Notes under the pieces: model-generated | The model's database searches: none | Told to the model about the DNA's origin: nothing | The model's input: only the letters and a program-made list of their open reading frames with translations | In this document: positions 50,938 to 60,311 of the stretch, one piece after another | How positions within the stretch are numbered: the first letter of the stretch is position 1 | Layout of the letters: the number at the start of each line of letters is the position of its first letter | Made by a program: the position numbers and the translations under genes | Assembly: GCA_944320485.1 (NCBI GenBank) | Contig: CALUHQ010000072.1 | Coordinates: forward strand, 9,154 to 73,153 | DNA from: Candidatus Methanomethylophilaceae archaeon | GTDB taxonomy: Archaea > Thermoplasmatota > Thermoplasmata > Methanomassiliicoccales > Methanomethylophilaceae | Length of the DNA stretch: 64,000 nt | Direction of reading: 5' to 3'

Positions 50938-52341
50938 ATGGACATCCAGAGTGCTAAGGACAGCGTCAAGGGCGCGGTGCGCTCCTACCTCGACAAGGAC
51001 CCCGCCGGGAACTACATCATACCCCGCAGCAGGCAGAGGCCCATCATGCTCCTGGGCGCCCCCGGCCTCGGGAAGACCGCCATCATGTCCCAGATAGCCG
51101 CGGAATTGGACATCGGCTACGTAGGGTACACGATCACGCATCACACCCGCCAGTCCGCCATCGGGCTGCCCATGATAGAGACCAGGGAGTACGGCGGCGT
51201 CGAGCATCCCATCACCAGGTACACCATGAGCGAGATCGTGGCATCGGTGTACGATGCCATGGAGGTTCAGGGCCGCAAGGAGGGGATACTCTTCATAGAC
51301 GAGGTCAACTGCGTCTCCGAGACGCTGTCCGCGGCGATGCTCGACCTCCTGCAGAACAAGAAGTTCGGCCCCCACAGCATCCCCTACGGATGGGTGCTGG
51401 TCACCGCTGGCAACCCTCCGGAGTTCAACTCCTCCGCCAGGGAGTTCGATATCGCCACCCTCGACAGGATCAGGGTCATAGAGGTCGAACCGGACACAGA
51501 CGTGTGGATGAGATACGCCATGAACGCCGGGGTCCACGACGCGATAACATACTACCTCCAGGTGAAGCCCCAGAACCTCCTGAGGATAGAGAGCACCCCG
51601 GACGGTCCCGTGTTCGTCACCCCCAGGGGATGGGAGGACCTGTCCATGGTCCTAAAGGAGAACGAGCGCCTGGGGCTGGACTCGGATGTGGGGCTCATAT
51701 CACAGTACGTGAGGTTCCCCGAGATCGCCGCGGAGTTCAAGCGGTACATGGACTTCCACAGGAAGTACAGCGAGGACCACGACGTGGACGCCATCCTGGA
51801 CGGCACCGCCGCGGATCCCGAATCCATCTCCGGATCCGGCGCCGAGGAAAAGATCTCGCTCATATCCGTCATCATCGGAAGGCTGAACGCGGAGGCCGAG
51901 GAGGGCATGGACATGATGGAACTGATGAGGCGCCTCGACGGACTCCATGAGGGAGGCCTCGATGCGCTCAGGGCCGACCTGCGCAGGACGCTGGACTCCA
52001 ACACCACCGCCGATGCCAGGAGGGCCGCAGCGTACTGCCTCTCGGCCATCGAGGGTCAGGACGACCCGACACTTCTCAGGAACGAATGCTCCAGGTCCCT
52101 GGATTCCGCTCGGAGGGAGTTCGACAGGCACCTGGACAACGCCATGTCCTACATGATGTCTGCCTTCGGCAGGGGCCAGGAACCGGTTTCACTGCTGGCA
52201 GGCCTCATAGGATGCTACAGCGTGGTCATGTTCTCCGATGTCTCGGGACCGCTGTACAGGTACAACGAGGAACTGCTCACCTCCGGACGCGACAGGCGCC
52301 TGGTGGAGATGGCGGAGGGTCTCCGATGGCGAACAAGATAG
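50938..52341 (+). CDS. AAA+ (MoxR-like) ATPase
   Basis: GAPGLGKT, LFIDEVN, TAGNPPEFN, VTPRGWE. Confidence 0.9.
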   Translation: MDIQSAKDSVKGAVRSYLDKDPAGNYIIPRSRQRPIMLLGAPGLGKTAIMSQIAAELDIGYVGYTITHHTRQSAIGLPMIETREYGGVEHPITRYTMSEIVASVYDAMEVQGRKEGILFIDEVNCVSETLSAAMLDLLQNKKFGPHSIPYGWVLVTAGNPPEFNSSAREFDIATLDRIRVIEVEPDTDVWMRYAMNAGVHDAITYYLQVKPQNLLRIESTPDGPVFVTPRGWEDLSMVLKENERLGLDSDVGLISQYVRFPEIAAEFKRYMDFHRKYSEDHDVDAILDGTAADPESISGSGAEEKISLISVIIGRLNAEAEEGMDMMELMRRLDGLHEGGLDALRADLRRTLDSNTTADARRAAAYCLSAIEGQDDPTLLRNECSRSLDSARREFDRHLDNAMSYMMSAFGRGQEPVSLLAGLIGCYSVVMFSDVSGPLYRYNEELLTSGRDRRLVEMAEGLRWRTR

Positions 52342-53009
52342 ACACAGAGCCCTGCGACGGCGGCTGCCGCATTACCCGTCTGGTCACAACCGACCGCGAC
52401 ATATCCATCCCCGGGGAGGTCGGCGGCGTCGGCGTCGTGGCCATCGGCCCGTTCTTCATGAGCGGATCCCCCGCCTCCGACGGGAGGACCGTGAGCATCC
52501 CCGGATGCGTCAGGAGCATCGACCCGGACGCGTTCGGGGGGATCATCGGCATCAAGGGGATCCGCTACGGCGGGACCATGGAGAGGTTCAGCTCCTTCGG
52601 CATCTTCGCGGAGTTCGACTGCGACGTCTCCACCGGCGACGGCCACGAGTTCAGGTTCATGAACGGATACCCCATGGGCTTCCCGGCGTTCGACGAGGCC
52701 ATCCAGACGATGAACTTCAAGATGGACCAGGACCTGGCCATGAAGAGGCTCAGGGACCCCGTGCTGCTGACCGAAGGATGCAGGGCAAGGTACAGGGAGT
52801 ACCTGTCCGGTAGGATCATGCCCAGGGCGGAGCAGGCGGTGATGAACGGGGACACCGCAATGCTCGCGGAGACCATATCCACCGGCATGTTCGACGACGA
52901 TTCCATCAGGGATCTGATGGAGAAGTCGCTTCGTTCCGGCAAGACCGCCGTGACGAGCCTGTTGATGTCGGTCCTCTACAGCAGGGACGGACACGGATCG
53001 GAACGCTGA
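52326..53009 (+). CDS. Protein with an LRR_5-like N-terminus, coupled to the AAA ATPase
   Basis: ISIPGEVGGVGVVAIG...VSIPGCVRSIDPDAF; overlaps the ATPase 3' end. Confidence 0.7.
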   Translation: MANKIDTEPCDGGCRITRLVTTDRDISIPGEVGGVGVVAIGPFFMSGSPASDGRTVSIPGCVRSIDPDAFGGIIGIKGIRYGGTMERFSSFGIFAEFDCDVSTGDGHEFRFMNGYPMGFPAFDEAIQTMNFKMDQDLAMKRLRDPVLLTEGCRARYREYLSGRIMPRAEQAVMNGDTAMLAETISTGMFDDDSIRDLMEKSLRSGKTAVTSLLMSVLYSRDGHGSER

Positions 53010-53043
53010 CCCGGGTCGTATGGAAAAGGAAAGGGTTTCCTGC

Positions 53044-53062
53044 CGGGGCGAACGAAGCCCCG
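53044..53062. terminator. Hairpin between convergent genes
   Basis: CGGGGC-GAACGAA-GCCCCG with a pyrimidine tract on the minus strand. Confidence 0.5.
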
Positions 53063-53068
53063 ACGGCC

Positions 53069-53248
53069 TCACTGGGCGGGCTCCCACTTGCACCTGACCG
53101 GGGAGACGATGGCGCCCTCGGCCTTGAGCTCCTTGAACGCCTTGTCGATCTCCTTCCTGTCGATGCCGGTGGCCTTCTCGACCTCGCCGGCGCTCATGGG
53201 CTTGCCGGCCTCCTTCATGGCTTTGATGACGTCGTCCTTGACTGCCAT
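53069..53248 (-). CDS. 59-aa winged-HTH protein
   Basis: VIKAMKEAGKPMSAGEV...DRKEIDKAFKELKAEGAIVSPVRCKW. Confidence 0.85.
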   Translation of the reverse strand: MAVKDDVIKAMKEAGKPMSAGEVEKATGIDRKEIDKAFKELKAEGAIVSPVRCKWEPAQ

Positions 53249-53339
53249 TCTTAACACCGTGAACTGGAAAGGACGAGGCTGTTCTTATACCTGCCCCCGC
53301 AACCAAAAACGATGAATCCCCCTACGCCTTCGGGCGGCC

Positions 53340-54473
53340 ATGGACGAGGGCACCGGATCGACGGTCGGCAGGCTGACAGGTCTCCTGAAGGGGAACGTCG
53401 TCCTGGTCGTGTCCGCCGTCCTCGCCGTCGCCTCGATGGCGATAGTCCCGCCGTCGTCCGGGTACCTGGACTACATCGACGTCCGCATGCTGTGCATCCT
53501 GTTCTGCTTCATGGCGGTGGTGGCGGGCATGAGGGACTGCAACCTGTTCGGCACCGTGGCCGGGAGGATCCTCGCCGGAAGACATGCTCTGAGGACGCTC
53601 TGCCTCGTCCTGGTGCTCCTGCCTTTCTTCTGCTCGATGTTCATCACCAACGACGTCGCACTGATCACCTTCGTCCCGTTCACCATCCTTGTCCTCAGCA
53701 TGGCCGACGAGCGGGGCAGCATACTGCCCGTCGTCGTGCTGCAGACGGTGGCGGCCAACCTCGGCAGCATGCTGCTGCCCTTCGGGAACCCCCAGAACCT
53801 GTTCATTTACTCCAGATACGGCGTCGGCACCGGCGAGATGGTGCTCCTCCTGGCCCCGTTCGTGGTCGTCGGCGGGATCGTGCTCTGCATCCTATGCCTG
53901 AGGTTCGACAGGCACGAGGTCCACGTCGAGATGAGCCGGGACCGCGACTTCCACAACAGGGGGTTCCTCGCGCTGACGTTCGCGCTGTTCGCCCTGTGCA
54001 TACTCACGGTCCTCAGGGTGGTCCCCTGGCAGGCGGCCCTGGTCGTGACGATAGCTGTCATCGCGGTCACCAGGCACCGCGTGCTCCTCAAGGTCGACTA
54101 CGGACTACTCCTCACATTCGTCTTCCTTTTCGTGTTCACCGGGAACATAGCGCATGTGGACACGGTGAGCTCCGCCCTGGGGAGCCTCATGTCCTGGGAC
54201 CCGATGCTGGCCTCCCTGGGGGTGAGCCAGGTGATCAGCAACGTCCCGGCGGCCACGCTACTGTCCGGGTTCACCACGGACTGGCAGGACCTCCTGGTGG
54301 GTGTGGACATAGGCGGCTTCGGCACCCCCATAGCATCCATGGCCAGCATGATCTCCCTCGGGATCTACTCCAAGGTCGAGGGCGCGGACACCGGACGCTA
54401 CCTGGTCCTGTTCACAGCAGTGAACATCCTGATGATCGTGCTCCTCGTGCCCGTGCACTACCTCCTCGGATGA
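53340..54473 (+). CDS. SLC13/CitMHS/ArsB-like anion permease, copy 1
   Basis: ITNDVALITFVP, AANLGSMLLPFGNPQN, SQVISNVPA, GGFGTPIASMAS. Confidence 0.88.
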   Translation: MDEGTGSTVGRLTGLLKGNVVLVVSAVLAVASMAIVPPSSGYLDYIDVRMLCILFCFMAVVAGMRDCNLFGTVAGRILAGRHALRTLCLVLVLLPFFCSMFITNDVALITFVPFTILVLSMADERGSILPVVVLQTVAANLGSMLLPFGNPQNLFIYSRYGVGTGEMVLLLAPFVVVGGIVLCILCLRFDRHEVHVEMSRDRDFHNRGFLALTFALFALCILTVLRVVPWQAALVVTIAVIAVTRHRVLLKVDYGLLLTFVFLFVFTGNIAHVDTVSSALGSLMSWDPMLASLGVSQVISNVPAATLLSGFTTDWQDLLVGVDIGGFGTPIASMASMISLGIYSKVEGADTGRYLVLFTAVNILMIVLLVPVHYLLG

Positions 54474-54520
54474 CACCGCGTCGCCAATCCAGAAATAATC
54501 CGCAACACGATTCGGCATTC

Positions 54521-55660
54521 ATGTGGCTTCGGGACGAGGACGACACGTTAGAGGAGGCGGCCGAGAGGTTCCTCCGCAGCCAGGCGGTGCTGGTGGCCTC
54601 CGCCGTCCTGGCCGTGGCCTCCATGCTCCTGGTGCCGCCGTCGTGGGACTACATAGGCTACATCGACGCCCGCACCCTGTGCATCCTGTTCTGCTTCATG
54701 GCGGTGGTGGCGGGGCTCAAGAAATGCAACGTGTTCAAGGTCCTGGCGCAGCGCATCCTCGAGGGTGACAGGAGCGTGAGGACGCTCTGCCTCCTGCTCG
54801 TGCTGCTCCCGTTCCTCTGCGCCATGGTCATTACCAACGACGTCGCGCTGCTGACGTTCGTCCCGTTCGCCATCCTGGTGCTGAGGCTGGCCGGACGCGG
54901 CGATCTCATCATCCCCGTGGTGGTCCTGCAGACGATCGCCGCCATCCTCGGTAGCATGTCGATCCCCTTCGGCAACGCCCAGAACCTGTACATATCCTCG
55001 CACTACGACCTGGGGATGGGGGATTTCTTCTCCGTCATGCTCCCCATCTCTGCAGTGGGATTGGCGGTGGTGGTCCTGTTGACCCTCAGGTTCGGCGGCG
55101 AGAGGGTGAGCATCGGGTTCGACAAGACGTACATCCTCAAACACAGGAAACTGCTCGCAGTGAGCCTGGTGCTGTTCGCACTGTGCGTGGCCACGGTGCT
55201 CAGGTGGGTGCCCTACCAGGCGACCCTGGTCGTCACCGTGGCGGCGATCCTGCTGGTCAGACCGAAGACCCTGCTGAAGGTGGACTACGGCCTGCTGCTC
55301 ACGATGGCGTTCATGTTCGTCTTCGCCGGGAACATGGCCCAGATAGACGCCGTCAGACAGATGTTCGGCGACCTGATGGCCTGGGACCCGACTGTCACGG
55401 CCATGGCGCTGAGCCAGGTCACCAGCAACATGCCCGCCTCGGTGCTCCTGTCGGAGTTCACAGCGGACTGGCAGGGACTGCTCGCCGGGATCGGTGTCGG
55501 AGGGTTCGGGACGCCCATCGCATCCATGGCCAGCATCGTGTCCCTGAGGATCTACATGAGGGAGCAGAGGGACGGACCGGGCAGGTACCTCGGGCACTAC
55601 ACGGCGATGAATCTGCTGATGCTCCTGGTGCTTGCACCGCTGGCCCTTGTGCTGTCCTGA
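54521..55660 (+). CDS. SLC13/CitMHS/ArsB-like anion permease, copy 2
   Basis: ITNDVALLTFVP, AAILGSMSIPFGNAQN, SQVTSNMPA, GGFGTPIASMAS. Confidence 0.88.
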   Translation: MWLRDEDDTLEEAAERFLRSQAVLVASAVLAVASMLLVPPSWDYIGYIDARTLCILFCFMAVVAGLKKCNVFKVLAQRILEGDRSVRTLCLLLVLLPFLCAMVITNDVALLTFVPFAILVLRLAGRGDLIIPVVVLQTIAAILGSMSIPFGNAQNLYISSHYDLGMGDFFSVMLPISAVGLAVVVLLTLRFGGERVSIGFDKTYILKHRKLLAVSLVLFALCVATVLRWVPYQATLVVTVAAILLVRPKTLLKVDYGLLLTMAFMFVFAGNMAQIDAVRQMFGDLMAWDPTVTAMALSQVTSNMPASVLLSEFTADWQGLLAGIGVGGFGTPIASMASIVSLRIYMREQRDGPGRYLGHYTAMNLLMLLVLAPLALVLS

Positions 55661-55667
55661 CTTCAAC

Positions 55668-55780
55668 CTAATTCCTTTGAAACTGGATGTCTAAAAACAT
55701 CTAATTTTCTTGAAAATACCTGTTGAAATATATCTAAATATTTTGAAAATATTCCCTTGGAAATAGCTAATTCCCTTGAA
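55668..55780 (+). repeat. Four CTAA-N5-TTGAA boxes at a 33-bp period
   Basis: Boxes start at 55668, 55701, 55734 and 55767 within an AT-rich spacer. Confidence 0.8.
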
Positions 55781-55802
55781 TCGATGAATCTGGGTGCCTG
55801 AT

Positions 55803-57230
55803 ATGCGCAGAAAGATAACGGATAAGCTGCTGGAATGGAAGAGATCCGGGGCGGAGAAGAAATGCCTCGTCGTTCGCGGGGCGAGACAGACAGGGAAGAC
55901 ATACTCCATCGACCGGTTCGCGAAGGAGAACTACAGTCGCTACTACCGTCTCGACCTCCACGAGGACGTGGATGCCAGGACGATCTTCGACGGGAACCTC
56001 GATCCGACCACGCTGCTGATGAACATGTCCGCGTTCATACCCGGATTCGAGGTCGTCCCTGGAGACACCCTGATATTCATCGATGAGATCCAGGACTGTC
56101 CGAACGCCCGTGCTTCCCTGAAGTTCCTGTCCGGGAACCCGGACTTCGATGTCATTGCATCCGGTTCCCTCATGGGACTGCGCACGAAGGGAACCACGTT
56201 CATCCCCGTTGGCTCGGAGGAGAACCTCTACATGAACCCCATGGACTTCGAGGAGTTCCTATGGGCACTGGGTGTATCGGAGAAGGTGATGGCACACATC
56301 AGAGCCCATGTGATGGACATGGAGCCACTGGAGGGGTCGGTGTTCCAGTCCATGTCGCAGTACCTGAGATGGTATATGATCGTGGGCGGCATGCCGGAGG
56401 CCGTCCAGACCTTTGTGGACTCCAAGATGTTCAGCGCTGTCCGCAAGGTGCAGAGGGACCTGATCCAGGGTTACCAGGATGATATAGGGAGCTATGCCGA
56501 AGACAGCGAGAAGGACAGGGTCGAAAGATGCTTCGACTCCATAGCGGCGCAGCTGTCGAAAGACAACAAGACGTTCGTTTACAGCGATGTGGAGGGGAAC
56601 CCCGGATACTGTGTCGGATCGAAGTACTTCGGCTATGCGCTCAACTGGCTGGGCCAATCACATCTGTCGCTGACCTGTGGTTGCGTGACGCAGCCCCAGC
56701 TCCCCCTGGAGCAGAACGCATCGAACCCCAGGTTCAAACTGTTCCTGTTCGACACCGGTCTGCTGATGTCCATTTACGAGGACAGCGTCGCATACGACGT
56801 GCTGAGAGGTGGCGTCGACGCCAACAAGGGGGCTCTGGCGGAGAATCTGGTGGCCTGTATGATGCGCTCGCAGGGACGCAGACTGTTCTACTACCAGGTC
56901 TCGGAACAGGGCAGCGACAGGATGGAGCTTGACTTCGTCACCACCATGAACGGAAGGGTCACCGCCATAGAGGTCAAATCCGGAAAGAAGAGGGATACAA
57001 GGTCCTTGAACAAGGCGATGAAGAGGTTCGGAATCGACGGCATCATGCTCGAGACCAGGAACCTGTTCGTGGATGACAAGGGCGTGAGGCACTACCCGCT
57101 CTTCGCGGCGGCGTTCATGGACAGCATGGACCGGCCGGTCGACATGATGTTCGATGTACCCGATGCGGAGGAGTTGAACCGCTCAGTTGAAGGTTTGACC
57201 GGCCCGGGACAGGACCCCGGACCGGAATGA
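55803..57230 (+). CDS. AAA_14 / DUF4143 ATP-binding protein
   Basis: GARQTGKT, FIDEIQ, GGMPE, FDTGLL, GALAENLV, ELDFV...AIEVKSG. Confidence 0.9.
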   Translation: MRRKITDKLLEWKRSGAEKKCLVVRGARQTGKTYSIDRFAKENYSRYYRLDLHEDVDARTIFDGNLDPTTLLMNMSAFIPGFEVVPGDTLIFIDEIQDCPNARASLKFLSGNPDFDVIASGSLMGLRTKGTTFIPVGSEENLYMNPMDFEEFLWALGVSEKVMAHIRAHVMDMEPLEGSVFQSMSQYLRWYMIVGGMPEAVQTFVDSKMFSAVRKVQRDLIQGYQDDIGSYAEDSEKDRVERCFDSIAAQLSKDNKTFVYSDVEGNPGYCVGSKYFGYALNWLGQSHLSLTCGCVTQPQLPLEQNASNPRFKLFLFDTGLLMSIYEDSVAYDVLRGGVDANKGALAENLVACMMRSQGRRLFYYQVSEQGSDRMELDFVTTMNGRVTAIEVKSGKKRDTRSLNKAMKRFGIDGIMLETRNLFVDDKGVRHYPLFAAAFMDSMDRPVDMMFDVPDAEELNRSVEGLTGPGQDPGPE

Positions 57231-57235
57231 CGGAC

Positions 57236-57739
57236 TCAATAGCCGTTGTAGTGGACCCTCTCCGGCTTGTTCCTGTCGGTGTGCGGCTGGGGCCTCTCCT
57301 TGGGGTACCCCACGGCGACGATGCAGAAGGGCATCATGTTCTCGGTGAGGTCGAACAGGTCGGAGATGGCGTTCATCCTCTCCCTGACGGGAGCGATCCC
57401 GATCCAGACCGCGCCCAGCCCGAGGCAGGTGGCAGAGAGCAGGAGGTTCTCCGTGCAGGCACCAAGGTCCTGCTCCCAGAACTGCGGGGCCGACATCAGA
57501 TCGCGGTTTCCAAGGACGACGATGGCGAGCGGGGCCCTGGAGACCGGTCCGGCGTACGGGGACGTCTTCGCGAGGGCGTCCAGATACTCCCTGTCGTCCA
57601 CGACTATGAACTCCCAGGGCTGCTGGTTCCTGGCCGACGGCGCGTTCATGGCGGCTTCCAACATGCGGTCGATCTTGTCCTTCTCGACCTTTCCGGGCAT
57701 GTAGTCCCTCACACTCACTCTGGAGAACAGTTCGTTCAT
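57236..57739 (-). CDS. Nitroreductase-family protein
   Basis: RVSVRDY, APSARNQQPWEF, LGLGAVWIG. Confidence 0.9.
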   Translation of the reverse strand: MNELFSRVSVRDYMPGKVEKDKIDRMLEAAMNAPSARNQQPWEFIVVDDREYLDALAKTSPYAGPVSRAPLAIVVLGNRDLMSAPQFWEQDLGACTENLLLSATCLGLGAVWIGIAPVRERMNAISDLFDLTENMMPFCIVAVGYPKERPQPHTDRNKPERVHYNGY

Positions 57740-57829
57740 GGTACCACGGTATCGAATCCGTCGGAACCGCCTTAAAAGTATGGAATCAGAATTTGGAATG
57801 CCGGGGTGGGGGCCCCGGCGGTTTCAGGT

Positions 57830-59298
57830 TCAGTGGAACTTCTTGTACAGGAACAGAGCCACGAGGATCGCGATGATGACCACGACCGCCACGATGATCC
57901 AGGTGCTTCCGGAGCCGTCGTCGACGGGACTCTCGTTGAACACCGCAGTGAAAGTGACGTCGTCGGTCACGACCATTCCCTCCTCGTACCCCTCCCATCC
58001 GGCGAAGGTGTACTGGATGCCGTCGGCGGTCTCCTTGGTGGGGTTCTCCGCAGGCGGGACGATGGGTGTCTCGTAAGTCTGCTTGGATTCGTAGAACACC
58101 TTTCCGTCAACTAGGAACTGGATCGTGTACTCGTGATCCTTCTCGATGAACATCGCCTGATAGCTGATGTTTCCTTTGACAGTGCTCCGGATGTGTAGCC
58201 GCTCCAACCTATGAAGATGTAATCGATGCCGTCTTCGGTGTATCCGTCCAAGTCTGCAGGCGGGACAATCGTCTCGCCGTACTTCATGACATCTGTCTGA
58301 ATCAGTTCGTCTTTGGAGTAGAACTGAACTGTGTATTCGCGGAGCGTCTCGTTGAACACCGCAGTAAACTTGGCGTTGTCACTGACGACCATCCCCTCGG
58401 TATATCCCTCCCACTCCTTGAAGGAATAGATGTACTGCGCATCCGTCTCCTTTGTCGGCGACTCAGGAAGGGTGATAGGGTCGTTGTAGAAGAGGTCGTA
58501 GTGCTTGTACACCTCTCCATCTACGATGAAGTCAACACTGAATAGCGTGTATTTGTATGACAGTGTGATCGTCAGGTCATCTGTAACGGTGAACGTCCCG
58601 AGGTCCAGGACATCCTCACCGTTCAGAACCTGGATGTCGTATCCGTGCCTGACAGCCGCATCGGGAATCTCGACCTTGTCACCGGTGCTCTTGACCGCGA
58701 ATCCCAGGTCGGTCAAGTCATCCGGGACCTGCCCAGCCACAGAGTACCTGACAAGAACCTTGCTCTGACTCACATACTTGAACTCAGTGTCCCCACCGTA
58801 TTCGCTCAGAGACACTGATTCCGGTGCACGGTATGTGCAGGTCTGTGTCGATTTGAGATTGAAGGCGTCCGCACCTATCGAAACTGGCTCTTTCTGGATG
58901 TCGATTAGCTTCATCGCGTTGCATCCGTCGAAAGCCGAGAGGCCGATGGTAGCGGAACCGCAGATTGTGACGTACTGAAGATTTGTACACGAGAGGAAGG
59001 AGTACTCGCCAATCGATGTCACGCTGGCCGGTATGTAGACCTCTTTGATTGACAAGTTCTGGAAAGCCCTGTCGTTGATTGCCTGAACCGGGTAGGAGTC
59101 TATCGTCTCCGGAATGACAATAACCTCGTCGTTCCCCGTGTAACCTGTGATTGAGGCGATTTTCTGACTAGTTGTATAGGTGAATCCGCTGTCAGATGTT
59201 CTTATTTCGGCATCGCTCTCGTCCACCACCACCGTCGCACACGCGACCATGGCCAGGGCCAGGGCTAGCACTACCGCTGATTTCTTCAGATCGATCAT
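57830..59298 (-). pseudogene. LRR_5 plus InlB-B-like repeat surface protein with a frameshift near 58184
   Basis: Signal peptide ...DESDA; LRRs; repeats PTKET...Y.F..WEGY.EGMVV; GGA-GC-ACT shift joins 58111..59298 to 57830..58207, which carries the last repeat and the TM anchor. Confidence 0.8.
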
Positions 59299-59364
59299 CG
59301 CATCCCATCCTAATCTGAAGTTCGTATGGAGTGGTATATATTAGAATTTAAGGGACGTTATCAT

Positions 59365-60156
59365 TCAACGCCTCTTCTTGGCCCCCGGCTTGTACGCCTT
59401 GAGGTACTTCAGAACGGCCTGGTCGTCCTCTGAGTCGGACCACTCCGGGGTGTATCCGCCCTTCATGTACTCGTTGTACCATTCGACACACTGCTCCATG
59501 TAACCGGTCATGTCCAGCCTGTCCTTGACGATCACGTAGGTGTTCTCGGGCGAGGGCACCCACTGCTTGGGGCGGTCGTAGTCGGACTCCTCCAGGAACC
59601 CGACGAGGAACACGATCCTGTCCAGGTTGGACAGCTGGGCGTACAGGGACGCCTGCAGCATGTACGACATCGGGACGTTGGTGTAGCCCCCTTCCTCGTC
59701 CAGCCACTTGGACCTGTCGTGGGAGGTCTTGATCTCCAAGATGTACGCCCTCCTGCCATCCTGCTGGATGTAGCCGTCCACCATCCCTCCGAAGACCTTC
59801 TCGTTGTGGAAGTGGTCGTACCCGCACTGCTCCTTCGGGACTGGCTCCTCCACCGCCAGCCTGGATCCCTCCGGGACGCCCAGGGGTCCGGAGAGCAGGG
59901 AGGTCACGCGGGTTCCCAGGTACTCCCTGAGCACTGGCTCCAGGATGTTGCCCGCGTCGATGTACTTGTTCGCCTTGTCCCCGGGGTACAGCCCGGCCAG
60001 CTCGCAGGCGACCTTGAAGGGTGATGAGAACTCGCTCAGCCCGAGGATGGGCGCGACCCTCGTCCCGGTGATCTTCTTCAGCCTGTAGGTGTCGAAGATG
60101 ACCGTCCTCTCGTCCTCGTCGATGTCAACAATTCCCGCCCTTCCGTCGAACGCCAT
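59365..60156 (-). CDS. YqaJ viral-recombinase / lambda-exonuclease-like protein
   Basis: ITGTRVAPILGLSEFSSP, GNILEP, GMVDG, LEIKT, YMLQASLY. Confidence 0.8.
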   Translation of the reverse strand: MAFDGRAGIVDIDEDERTVIFDTYRLKKITGTRVAPILGLSEFSSPFKVACELAGLYPGDKANKYIDAGNILEPVLREYLGTRVTSLLSGPLGVPEGSRLAVEEPVPKEQCGYDHFHNEKVFGGMVDGYIQQDGRRAYILEIKTSHDRSKWLDEEGGYTNVPMSYMLQASLYAQLSNLDRIVFLVGFLEESDYDRPKQWVPSPENTYVIVKDRLDMTGYMEQCVEWYNEYMKGGYTPEWSDSEDDQAVLKYLKAYKPGAKKRR

Positions 60157-60311
60157 TTTGATTCCTCGGAGCGCCTAGGTCCGACTATCTATAAATTGGA
60201 TGTGACTGGAAATCGGATGCATCGCCGCTTCGGACCCGATCCCCCGTGCACGTCGTTTCACGGATGATGGATATATAAGCACAGATTGTGATTCATATAT
60301 AAGGTGATAAA

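Noticed and set aside
53312-55660. 782-aa fused transporter ORF
   Set aside because: The N-terminal half is an off-frame shadow of copy 1; the real second gene starts at ATG 54521
55668-55780. Mini-CRISPR interpretation of the 33-bp repeats
   Set aside because: The unit is too short, the conserved part is only 9 nt, and there are no cas genes in the window
58111-58113. TAG ending ORF 58111..59298 as another pyrrolysine site
   Set aside because: It lies downstream of the frameshift near 58184; the repeat protein continues in a different frame
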